Notes under the pieces: model-generated | The model's database searches: none | What the model saw: the letters and a program-made list of their open reading frames with translations, nothing else | Told to the model about the DNA's origin: nothing | Shown here: one piece after another, positions 37,896 to 49,030 of the stretch | Layout of the letters: the number at the start of each line of letters is the position of its first letter | Numbering within the stretch: the stretch's first letter is position 1 | Origin: Podospora anserina | Lineage: Eukaryota | Assembly (NCBI GenBank): GCA_017654855.1 | Contig: CM030332.1 | Coordinates: 248,001 to 312,000 of the forward strand | Direction: 5' to 3' | Length of the DNA: 64,000 nt | Position numbers and translations under genes: made by a program

Positions 37896-39773
37896 ACGTA
37901 TATTATAAGCGAGTCGTACATATAAGCGAGTCGTACATATAAGCGAGTCGTACAGTCTCCACCACCCTACAACAACTATCCTCAATTGCAACATAACAAC
38001 ACTAGAAACCAACTATAATTACATCAGAAACAGCCGAATCAGACGATTCTACAGCCTCCTAGCAAGTACGTGCATTATAGCCAGGCTTACCGCATACACT
38101 GCAGCACCGAACCTTCGTACGACCCCCCCCTACACCACTACCATCCGGCTATGTTTCTTCTGTTACCTCCCCACCCACGGCCTTCTGGTCCAGTAGATCC
38201 TTCGCATCTTGTATGGCAAGTGATCCTCCGAGCTGTACGCGTGTTCTTTTCGCTCTCCGGCGCTTGCTTAGTGCCTCGTTCGCCTTGCGGAGCGAAGATA
38301 CCTCTGACTGAAGGAGAGCCACTTGGTGCATTACAGCCATTGTACCCTTAGTAAGCTGGTCTACTGCAGCTAACATTGAAGTCGGGGAGCTATTTTGATG
38401 GTTAGTAATGCGAGTCTTAATGAGCGTTGACTGTAAGTTGGCTTCTCGGGGGTTTGTGGTGTCTGGAACACCCAAGGTTGTGGAGTGCCGGGCCGTGAGG
38501 TCGGGGGTATTGGCGTACGAAGCTTTACATCCAGCTTAGAAAACACCCTCTCTGGATCGTACGGCGTAAGGCCAGCACTTGTAAAGCCACCCCGTATATT
38601 TTTCTCTGTTATGGAGGTAAAAAGGGCCTCCCGGAAGGCACAGAGGAACTCGACCTTACTTACGTGGTTGATATGCACGCGTATCAAGTCCTCGATCTGG
38701 CGACCGTACGCCTGTTTTAGCGACCGAAAGCAGCTAACATCGAGTGGCTAGAGGATGTGAGAGGAATGTGGAAGCATGCAGAGCGTAATAATATTATTCT
38801 GCTAGCAGTAGCGCTCGAATCCGGTCGAGTGGTGGCTTTCGTGGCCGTCGAGGATCAACAACCGGTATTTGCCCTTTGTACGGGACGTTGTGTGATAGTC
38901 AAAGTGCTTGATCCAATCTGGGCCTACCGCATTGGTAGTCCAGCCATTATCGGTGGTTACGATGCGCCAGTCGGCCGGGAGGTTGCACTCGGTATACTAG
39001 TTGGCGAGGTGGTACTGCGCGGCTAAGATAATAAAGGGAGGGATAGCCCAGCCGAGGGCATTGACTCCCTGAATCACGGTTGCCCATTTACGGTTGCCAG
39101 GCTAGGCTAGTTTTGCCTTTCTAAGGCCGTCCGAGGTCGTAAACACTATGCCCGCGAAGATAATGCCCATTATAAACCCAGTCTCGTCGAAGTTGTAGAT
39201 ATTGTTATCTACAATACCGTACTTGGCCTTAGTGTTCCGTACGAGCGCAAACCACTCGGCAATAACCTTTGGATCCTCGCACTTGGCCCTCTAGTAATCG
39301 TATCTACGCGTAAAACGCGTACGGAGCTGTGGCTGACGTTTAACGAAGTTGTGTGCCCAGAGCTTGCCAACAGGGGGCGCGTCGCGTACACGTAGCAGTT
39401 GGTTGGCCATATCTTCCACACCACGCAATCTTGGTGGAAAAGCTCGCGTACATAGCTCAATAATGTATTGAACAATAGCATCCTCTTCGGATTGAGTGAG
39501 CTTCTTCGATTTGGGCGTGGTATCGCGTCGTGCAGGCCGGCCGGCGCGTCGGTCACGGAGGGTTGAGAATGGTATGTTATATAGCTTTGCTGCGGCCCGG
39601 AGGCTTAATTTCGGAGTCTTTTGAATAGCTTCAAGAGCTAAGATTATCCTGGCTTCATTTAAGGTAGGAGGCATGTTGGGTTGTAGAGAAAGTTGATATT
39701 GAGTGTAGGAGGACGCGTCGCGGTCGAAAAGTGACCGGCCCACTTATATGACCGACTCGCTTATAAAGTACGT
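37896..39773 (-). mobile_element. Full-length pogo/Fot1-like (Tc1/mariner superfamily) DNA transposon, RIP-inactivated
   Basis: TA target duplication (37894-37895 and 39774-39775). Imperfect TIRs ACGTA(TA/CT)TTATAAGCGAGTCG; 17-bp subterminal repeat x3 at the left end; 1878 bp. Confidence 0.95.
38002..39674 (-). pseudogene. DDE (pogo/Fot1) transposase pseudogene
   Basis: HTH region (SLRAAAKLYNIPFSTLRDR), NFDETGF, LLILDGHESH, *PLDV and C-terminal CSVCGKPGYNARTC. Seven in-frame TAG stops and a frameshift near 38455. Confidence 0.93.
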
Positions 39774-39775
39774 TA

Positions 39776-40117
39776 CCAGTCGAAGGCGCTTCTGAGCAAT
39801 CCTGGTTTGGTACGGTTAAACAGTGTACAATAAATGGCTTGTTTCAATTACAATAGTTAAAAATACCAACGAATGTGACTTGAATTGCATACTGCGGAAC
39901 TATCTATGTATATCGACCAGTTCCTCCGTATATATATCCCAGTGGATCACCTGGATCACCATGCCAAGCGTGATCCTATATCACTTCTCCCAGCGTAGGC
40001 TCACCATGGATCACGGTGCCAAGAGTGATCCTGGATTGCTCCTGTCACCTTAGGATCACTTGGATCACCACGCTCCTGCGCTCCCAGGCGCTCCATTTCC
40101 TATTGGTTCCTTTAACA
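39776..40117 (-). mobile_element. Probable solo LTR (~340 bp), one end cut or blurred by the DNA transposon
   Basis: Minus strand begins TGTTAAAG; central TATATATA; internal GGATCAC/GTGATCC repeats; non-coding. No matching 5-bp TSD found. Confidence 0.5.
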
Positions 40118-40299
40118 ATTGGCTGGGCACGTCCCGTGCCCCGCATACTGTTCAACCTGCCTGTTGGTTTAACTGTGACACCTCTCGACGGGACATTCCT
40201 CTGGGAAGTGTCCTTGGGCCTCATCGAGCTCCCAAGGGGAGTCTCCCTGGGAGCCTCCCATCAAGACCCTCCTACTGGAAGGTCACAACAAATATACTG

Positions 40300-40620
40300 C
40301 GCCGATAGCTATTTAAGCCTATATTCTACAGGCTTCATTAACACTTATTTCAACATTATTTTCAATTATTTAAAAAATGATATATATAATAAAGCCTAAA
40401 ATATTAAGATTCAAAATAGTCATTTAATTTAATTAATAATCTTTAATAGCCTCGAAGTCTTTAGTTAAAAAAAATCTAAAAATATAAGTAGGTCCGCACG
40501 ATGTATATTTATATATGACCTAATAGCCCGTAGCTTATAGCCTCAGGCTATTACCAAAATCTTTCATGTATCCAGTTAGCCAATGCCGTTCCTTTAAAAG
40601 CCGCAAAGCACTTAATTACC
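40300..40620. repeat. AT-rich, TpA-enriched tract consistent with heavy RIP
   Basis: Abrupt drop in GC with many TA/TAA/TAG (e.g. catttaatttaattaataatctttaatagc) next to TE relics. Confidence 0.65.
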
Positions 40621-40810
40621 TACCTTACTTCCCACTACTAGCCCTCGACGTACAGGAAGATAACAGAAGGACCGTGGTGTGGCCGATTGGTCAGTTGACG
40701 TGTGACAACCAGAACCTGTATTGGCAATTGTTGGTTGTGGGAGGATTGAAAAGTACCGGCAGGGCCACGCGCATCCGCCAACCCAGCTAACCATTGGGCT
40801 TTGAGAGATT

Positions 40811-42949
40811 CTACGGTCTGCGGGATGACCGACGAAGCTTTCGTGAAAGTTGATCAACTGCTTCTTTGTGCCTCTTGGACTTGGCGGCTTCTGACTTCTT
40901 GATGCGTTCAAAGATGTGATCCAAAGTCAGATGATTGTCCTTGAAAGAAAGGCCGCTTTCCGGGTCAATGGGTTCCAGCCCATGCTGCACAGCATCGAAA
41001 CAAGGCACCGTCTTGCTGATGAGATTCAGCTGCCGCGCTGCACGCCTTTCCAGTCGCTTCGCTTGCTTTGCTTGGTGCGCGATTGTACTGATAGAATGGG
41101 TGAAAGATTTCTTCATCTTCTGTTTTCCCGTCACGTTGGCCATCCAATCCACCACGGAACCCCCCTGAGTAAGATCGACCTGCTTCCAGTAGCCGTCAGG
41201 ATTCCTTGGGATGTCACCAAAAAACCACCTCGTCTTGCCTCCTTGCACGGCGTAAAGAAACTCCATGTCCACCCAGGGGTTGCTGGGTGCGATCGTACCG
41301 AGTGCGTTATAAAGTTGACCCGGTAGCAAGAGCGAGGACCATTCTCTCTCGATGTGTTGGCAAAAGAGCAAATCATCATATCGCACGCAGACGATGAATA
41401 GACCACAGTGCAAGGGATCGGAACGATGAAAGCCGCGGAGGAACTCACCAAGATTTACCAATCTTCTGGCCTGTTTATCTTCTTCCTGGTAAAACAGGGC
41501 TTCGAAGTCTTGACGTACGTCGTAAGCCGTGTTGAAGTCCATCGATAAGATCTTTACTTTCTGATCCAGAAATTCGAAGGCATCAGGCGTGGCCGAAAAG
41601 AGTCTATGGATGTCGAAGAATGCCGAAAGACAAAGCAGTGAGCAAAACGGAAAGCGATATCATGATCTTCCCCACCGCTGGAGAAGATGCCTGCGGCTGC
41701 AATGCCTCGTAGTAGGTCTTCCTCCACGTGCATGGGAACGGCGGCTGATTGAGCCTTGTTCAAGAAGTCACGAGCATCCAACATGAAGCGACAGAATGCG
41801 CCACGGTCCATTTTCCATTTCCCGTTGTTTGACATACCCGGCAAACTATCTTGCACCTGGAGTTGAGTCTTGCGATCGAATTCATGGCTTAAGCGAGCAA
41901 GAGTGTCGCTCTCAGGAGCCGAGAAGACAGAAATTCCTCTCTGCAACATGTCCCCAGCCAGCCACATGGTCCAGTCGGCAATAACATAGTCCTTCATCGA
42001 GCAATCAGTCCCGTTTCGACTGCCGCATTGGCAATGGGGTGGCCGGGCTTCTGCACGACGGAACCTTCTCTTCGTCGCAATGCATAGAATAGAGCTTTTC
42101 CAAGAGCGAAAGACACGACAAATCTCCAGAAGGGTACAAATCGGCCGCCACTTCCACTTCAATATCCTTGGCGAGTTGAATAGCTGTGTTTGATGCCACC
42201 GCGACCGACGTGAGATGCGCATCACCTTTGAGATGCGAGGTTCAAAGACTGGCGACATAGTCGCGAAGGATCGTGGCAGTAGCGTGAATCGAGGCGAACA
42301 GGATAAATGTGTCGAGATCAGATTGGTTGTCTTTGGCTTCGTATTGAACCTCCGTTGCGGGCTCCTGCTCATCGTCTTGATGTTCTGGAGAAACACTGAC
42401 GGGACTCGCGGTCTTTTCTAAACCGGAATCAGACGTTTGAGAGACTGTTAGACCCTCGTACCGATTGGAAGACGTGGCATTGCTTCGCGATAGCCTGAGA
42501 CTTCCCACCTTGGAAGCGACATCCTCCGTGTTTTGGTCGGCCCCTGGCGGTGCTTGTACAGTCTCAAGAACATCACGAACTTGCTCAAGATCCCAAATAA
42601 ACGTGGCATGTCCATCGTTGTCCTTGGATTTTGAAATCCTCGCCCAGATTGTCAAAAACATGGTCCGAGTTTTGATGGCATCGCGAAGAGCCGAGCGGAT
42701 AACGTCAAGCGGTGCAATAAATTGAGAAATGTCGCAGCCCGCACCTTTGTCTTGAGAATCAGCGATGGCCTTAGCCAGGGGGACAAAATCTCTCGTCTTC
42801 GGAATAAACTTGGTAACAGTCGAGCTGTCATGCTCTTTGAATAGGTGCCTGAGTATCTTCCCAGCCTCTGCGAGCCAGGTGGTGACAATTTCGGTATCCC
42901 TCTTGAACTGTACATTGTAAGGAGGTAAAGTTTGGAGTTTGATATCCAT
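40811..42949 (-). pseudogene. DUF6604-like protein pseudogene
   Basis: N-terminus FKRDTEIVTTWLA...DFVPLAKAIA...LRDAIKTR...DGHATFIWDLEQVRDVL. In-frame TGA at 42242-42244; frameshifts near 42030 and 41640 link the motifs VEEDLLRG, FFDIH, PLHCGL and WVDME. The 3' end is uncertain. Confidence 0.72.
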
Positions 42950-43264
42950 GTTGCCCTGTCATAGAGCAACCCAAAGGGGAAAGTCGACCTTCGGTAAACT
43001 GGACGATGGTGGTCTTCATGTAGCATGACATATGCGCAAAGTTGATTGTTGCTGGAAACGGTGACTCATAAGTTGTCACAATCTGGCATGCCGTGATGGT
43101 GTTTGCGCCTTTCATCGGCGGCGTGGTCACAGATATGACTCTCTGCTCACCATCACAAATAACTCAATACCTGTCATCAAACATTGCATGCTCAGTTTCA
43201 TGGTCTACCCAAAATTATAGACATGTAGTTCGTTGAACAGAAAACATGATGGCCAGCCGCCTCT

Positions 43265-43786
43265 TCAGTATTTTCTTCCGCGCAACGGGTCATCCATGTA
43301 CAAATCCGCATGCACATCCTCCTCGGCCTCGGTCGGCCGTCCTCCTGCCTCTCCAGCCCCCATCAGAATGGTCTGATGCATTCCCTGTGGAAGAGGATCG
43401 ATGTCACCTCTGTCCGCAGCCACGTTGGCCTCGCTTTGCGTCGGGTTGACCTTGACCTCGCTGCCAAAGACTTGGGATTCGTCAAACTCATAGTCGCTAT
43501 TGGGAGTCTGGCCGTGATAGATCACGGTAGAGTAGAAAGAGCGTGCTCGTTCGTCAATGGGAGAGGCAGCAGACGAAGGGAAATGGCGGTTGGCGGTAGT
43601 ACCGGTTGTATGTGTCGACGGCCCAAAGATGGATCTGTTGGAGGTGAACTCCATGTGTTGAGCCTGCTGATCCGAGGTCCGATTCAGACACGAGGCCGCC
43701 GATTTGGCACCCTGGCGAGCCCCTTTGGCGCGGGAGGCATATGGCCTGATGCCTAGGGTCACAGTTCTCGAGACGGCGGGTTTCAT
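43265..43786 (-). CDS. Hypothetical protein with probable mitochondrial presequence
   Basis: R/S/A-rich N-terminus (MKPAVSRTVTLGIRPYASRAK); repeated C-terminal motif PTQSEANVAADR..DPL / PTEAEEDVHADL..DPL. Confidence 0.65.
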   Translation of the reverse strand: MKPAVSRTVTLGIRPYASRAKGARQGAKSAASCLNRTSDQQAQHMEFTSNRSIFGPSTHTTGTTANRHFPSSAASPIDERARSFYSTVIYHGQTPNSDYEFDESQVFGSEVKVNPTQSEANVAADRGDIDPLPQGMHQTILMGAGEAGGRPTEAEEDVHADLYMDDPLRGRKY

Positions 43787-44928
43787 TCTGATGGCGGCAT
43801 GCATGACAGTGAATACAATTAGGTATATGCAACAACTAGTTGGCTGCTAAAGAGGAAAAGAAAAGATTGTTTGCCGAGGTTCCTTGGCCTTCAAGTATCA
43901 TGTCTTGCAAAGCTTCAGGACTCCTCGTCCGTCCATGTGTGAGCGCGGGGCTGCATGCCGTGACGTCGACTTGACAGAGGGCTCGGCCAATCCCCGGCAA
44001 CGTTGTCTGTGCGGCTCGGTCGTTTTTTGTCGGCATCATGTCACCATGATCTGGTCGTGAAGCCGAGCATTTTCGATATGAAAACAAGCACTCATTCACT
44101 GCCGGGGTTGTATCGGGAGAAGCCGGCCGAACCCCGCATCCACTTGCAATGGTCGGCAGAGAGTTGTGTTGATGTCCTGATATTAACGGCGCAGCTACAG
44201 CGGGAACCTGGAATGGTGTGCTTGGTTTTTTGTCTGCTGGATAGTAGTGACCTCAGATAGAGGGGCTTCGAAAGACTTCTCAACACCGGTATACAGGGTG
44301 TCACCAGTCTTCTGGTAACCGTTTCCATCTCTGTGGAACCAAGCTCGAAGTGCCGAAGCCATGTTTCATGCGCACCGGATCACGGAACCGCCGGCAAGCA
44401 AAAGCGGTCTTTAGCTCGCCATGTTTCCAGATATGCCTGTCCAATCTGACCAACCAAGAACTCCTCATCCTGCTGGGTGAAAATTCACATCGACCGCGGA
44501 CATAGAAAAGACTTGGGCGTCGCGCGTGTAACGTGGATATGCACAGATCTTCAGGGGCCTCAAATGCGGGGCCGGAGCTGTGCTGGGCAGCGATCGGCAC
44601 CAGGTCCCTGAGATCGGCCCGGCGATCGCCTCTCGGCAAGGGACGAGCGAGTGAGGAGCGCGTTAAGGTGTCACCGTGTTGCCCTTGGGAATGGTTACGC
44701 CAGGGAGATGAAACGCGATGGCCCTCTCTTGCCCAGACAAATGAAGTCATTCCCAGGGACCGAAGCCAGGGAGTCTTGCGTGGGGTTGGTGTTGGATACA
44801 CGCAGGGCTGATCGCATGCCAACTTGCGAGATTCCCATCTGAAAAGTCTGATATGCCCCCATACTTTGGGTCTCTCTGCTCTTTCTGGCCAAAACAACCA
44901 CCGGAAACACTCGCAGCAAAGAACGACC

Positions 44929-46154
44929 ATGTCGGCCACAGTCCTCATCGGGCAGGCTCCCACCAATCTTGGCCCACTGACCACAACATTCACACCACCG
45001 CCAGAATGCACAGTAGCAGTTGGCGCAGGAAGGGGCGGGTTCCTTGGGGACTTGTTCGGGGGAGGGGATGACAAGAGTATTGCATATCTGGGACAAGCAT
45101 GCTCTCGAAATCGAGCTGTCGATGATACAGCATGTTGGCCAGCGACCTCAGAGGGCGCAGAGTCAAAGAAAGCGCCATTGAACGGGTGGGGCTTCTACTC
45201 GCCGGGCCTGCATTGCCCAGTGGGTTATGCGACTGCTTGTGCGGCAACAGGTGGAAGTGGTGGGGGGTCTGGATGGCCGGTCCAATTCAGGCTTCTCGCC
45301 GGAGAAATTGCTGTTGGCTGTTGCCCCAGGTTAGTATTCACACAGAGAATATTGGTATCAGCATGACTGACCTGGATAGTGGGTATGGTTGTGCCAATAT
45401 CAACGGGCAAACATGCACCCTGGTGGTGACATCGTCGACTATTCCAACAGTCACCTGCGATGGCAGCAAAAGCCAAAACTTTGGCTTTCAAACCGTCCCA
45501 GACCCTGAAGCATCCATCACAGCATTCAGCATGTTTGCCCCCATGGTTCAGATCAACTGGCAGAGCAGCGATCGGCCAGCCACCACCACATCATCTACCG
45601 GCACTGGGTCAACAGCGCCCTCCACCAGACCAACAACATCAAACCCCCTAGCCTCGGCATCTGGCACCAAAGTCATTGACACAGAGGACGAATCTGCCGA
45701 AGAGACGCTTGTGCTCGATGATAATTCCCAGGCGACTGGGACAGGAAGGGTGCCAACAAGGACGCTTGGAGCTCCGGGATTGGCTTCGGATGCAGCTGAT
45801 GCAAGCTCTGACGAAGATAGCGAAGGGTTGTCATCGAACCTCAAGGTTGGACTTGGTGTAGTGGGAGCTTCCGTGGTGCTGTTGGCTTTGGTAATTGGGC
45901 TGTTTTGGTGCTGGAGGAAACGAAAGAATGCTGCAGAAGAGCAGGAGCTCGATCGGCTGTATGGACAAAAGACTGCGACAGGTTCGACCAGTGATTTGAC
46001 CAGAAGCGACGAGATTCCTGGCTGGTGTCGAGGACAGCGTTTGGCAACGCCGAAGCCATTTTTCAGGGAAAGTCTGCGAGAGATGAGGATGCCGGCAGAG
46101 CCATATCAACATGGAGGGTCGCCATATTTTCGGGACCCAGGATATCGTGTATAA
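44929..46154 (+). CDS. Single-pass membrane protein with Cys-rich N-terminus and Ser/Thr stalk (cell-surface sensor-like)
   Basis: LGPLTTTFTPPPEC, FYSPGLHCPVGYATAC, GCCPSGYGC (intron 45330-45379), APMVQINWQSSD; TM segment VGLGVVGASVVLLALVIGLFW followed by RKRK. Confidence 0.85.
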
Positions 46155-46477
46155 GTTTCATGTAGACCTCGCAGGTTAAGTCGTTGCAATGCAATGCCAT
46201 CTCATTCAAAAGAACAAAGTGATTGAACCATTGCCAAGGCAGACATGTAGGGCTGCACGGACCATCTCTAGCACGTGCGTCATCGCCAGTGGGTGCCAAG
46301 AGACAACCGCCAGCAACATGCAGAGAGCTCCCAATGGCCAGCCCAAGCGTCCATCCCATCGTCTCAATGGGGGAGAATGCGACGAGAAAAACAGACGCGC
46401 GTGTCATGCTAAGAAGCAATTTATTTTTCTTTCTTTAGTTTCACCCAATTTATGCTCCTTGTTTTCGATATGAAACC

Positions 46478-48332
46478 ATGTCCGCCGAGTCCACGCGCCC
46501 CCAACTGTTGCCCCAGAATCGCAAACTCCGTCATCTTCGAGGCATCTCGCTGAGAAACCTCGCCTTTACACGACCGCGCGGCCGAACCATTGACGATGCT
46601 GCTCTTAACAAGAGCCCTGCCAAGCTCGAGTCCCTGCGAAATTCACCCCAGATACACCATGCCCTCTCTTCGGAACAGCTACGACCGGGTCCAGGGCGGC
46701 GGAGGAGCACCAACCTTGTTGGTGCCAGTCCAGTGACGAGGCAGAAACGAATCGAGGATACATTCGACAGCAAGCTGGCCGACGCATTCTTCTCCCTCCA
46801 TGTCGAAGGAGAGGAAGAGCCCGTCTATATCAGCGAGGTTGCCGAGAGGGCTACAGTATGTTTGTTTTACCTCCAAGTATTGACGATCCAATGGAGGAGT
46901 AGACTGTTAATGCACCGGGCAGAATTTTAACTTTAGCTTATTCGAACTGTCTGAGCTGGACTCGACCATTACCCAGACCCCGAGAGTCACCATCAAGATA
47001 TGGACCAACAGACACGATACATGGAGCTTGCTGCTGGAGGACGATGTCGACCTGAGGGCGCTCAACTGGTTGGGCACCATGCAGAATGTGCACTTCCCAC
47101 CGAACAGCCTGGTCTTCCACATGGTTGACGGCATCTACTCGCTCGAACTCTTCAACAAATACCCCCCACCAAAGAAGATGCCCCCGACACCCACGTCGTC
47201 TTACAATGCCCTCATGCGCCTAGCAACACTTGACAATTCGATTCAAGACGCTCTAGCCACCCGCGAGTCACTCACTCGGCAGATTAACGACCTCCTGGCC
47301 AAAGAGACCCCCAACCAAGTCCCCGTAGCCCAAGACTCTCTCGCCCTCGCCGAGAAATATCTAGCGGTGCAGAAACGCACCGTTGAAGCCTCCAAAACGC
47401 GCAACCAAGAGCTTCGCGCCTCAATCGAAGCCCGGCGGTCCGCCATTGCTGAAGGCAGGGCCCTCCAAGAAAGGGCCGAGACCGACGTTAACAACGCCAC
47501 CGAGAAGCTTGCTCACTCCAAGACACTCCTTGCCAGAACAAAAGAGCAAATTCACGGCCAGCGCCGGCGCATTTGCGAAGACCTTGACAGGATCTGGCGC
47601 ATCAACTCTGTCTCCACTCCTGGGACACCTCCCTTAACATTTACCATCTGCGATTTGCCGCTCCCCAACACGATTTACGACGACGCACTCCTCAAAGGAA
47701 CTGGAAGCGATACCCTCAGCGCTGCGCTGGGGTATGTAGCCCAGCTGACAGACAACCTGCAGTGTTACCTGGGTGTTCCACTGCCTTATCCCATCCGGCC
47801 ATACGGGTCTCGGTCAACCATCCGGGATGAGATTTCGCAACTACCAGACACACAACGAGATTTCCCGCTCTATGTTCCTAGGGGAGGGTCAAGCGCGCAA
47901 TACCGTTTCGACTATGGGTGGTTTCTACTCAACAAGGATATCGAGACGTTGTGTGTCAGCCAGGGGTTGAAGGTTGTGGACATCAGGCACACGCTACCGA
48001 ACCTGAAGTATCTGCTGTATGTCTGCAGCGCGGGGACGGACGAGATACCGGACCGGAAGAGAGGCGGGGTGAGGGGGTTGTGGGCGGGACGGTATAGGAA
48101 CTTGACGGTGGCGGGGATGACAGCAGATGATGAGGCGAGTAGCTTTGGAGGGAGTAGGAGGGGCAGCGATGCTAGCAGTGTCGTTGGTGGTATTGGGCAG
48201 AGGAGGGGCGAGGATCTGAGGGGGAGGATTATCGGCGGCAGTACCGGGAACGGGGGTGTGGCTGGGTTTGAGGAAGCGGAGGTCAAGATGACGTTGCGGA
48301 CGAAAGGGATGAGGGAGAGTGTTGCGCAGTAG
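46478..48332 (+). CDS. UVRAG / Vps38-like subunit of the PI3K complex (Atg14/VPS38 family)
   Basis: NRKLRHLRGISLRNL, FFSLH...PVYISEV; intron 46856-46922; coiled coil; SAALGYVAQL, LPYPI..GSRSTI.D, RFDYGWFLLNKDIE, DIRHTLPNLKYLL. Confidence 0.9.
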
Positions 48333-48521
48333 AGTTTTGTCCTACAGGCGCGTTTAGCATTATCAGCAACTGCATGGATGGGTATCATTAGGTTGTTTTG
48401 CAGCTTCAAGAATTTGAGATACCCCTTTTACTTTGGTACCATTTCTCAAAAGAAACCATCTTGTTGCTCCTATCGACTACCAACCCCCACCACACAACAG
48501 CCCATTGGCTAAAACAATTAT

Positions 48522-49030
48522 CTACACAGCCTCAAAAGTCTGACTGCCAACATAAGAAGTAGGGTTGGGCTGAGCAACCCAGTCGGCCGCGGGGCTGAAA
48601 AAGTCCAAGATCACCGAAGTCCCGACGACGTGAACATCCGACACCACGATCCGGTACTCGTTGAACGGGGTCTTGTTCCACCGGAGGAACACGAGAGGGT
48701 CGCTGCTCGAGGTCCAGTGGCCAGAGTTGGCGGGGATGGTGCTGCCCGAGGTGGTGTGCGAGAAGTTGACGGTGATGTTTTCGGGGAGGAGGGTCAGGGT
48801 GGCGGCGTAGCTAGGGAGTTTGTTAGTCGTTGTGGAGGGGGTGAGAAAGGGGGGTTGAGGACTGACGAGCAGGAGGTGGAGGTGCAGGTTGCTGTGAACT
48901 TGGAGAAGCGGGCAGAGGTGGAGTGGCGGGCTTCGATGGCGGCCGGGGCGGGAGCAGGAGCAGGAGCCGCGGTGGTGAGGGTGGTGAGGAGGGCCAAGGG
49001 GGCGGTGGTGAGGAGGGTGGTGAGCTTCAT
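48522..49030 (-). CDS. Small secreted protein
   Basis: Signal/pro-peptide MKLTTLL...APAPAPA..EAR; intron 48811-48866; ends SYVGSQTFEAV*. Confidence 0.75.

Noticed and set aside
37904..37954. CRISPR-like direct repeats
   Set aside because: Eukaryotic DNA; the repeats have no spacers and belong to the transposon end.
38002..39674. A-to-I editing of the TAG stops reviving the transposase in the sexual stage
   Set aside because: Most stops appear to replace Gln, so editing would give Trp; a frameshift near 38455 remains regardless.
36387..43200. Starship or spore-killer block
   Set aside because: No tyrosine-recombinase captain, Spok-like ORF or diagnostic boundaries were recognisable.
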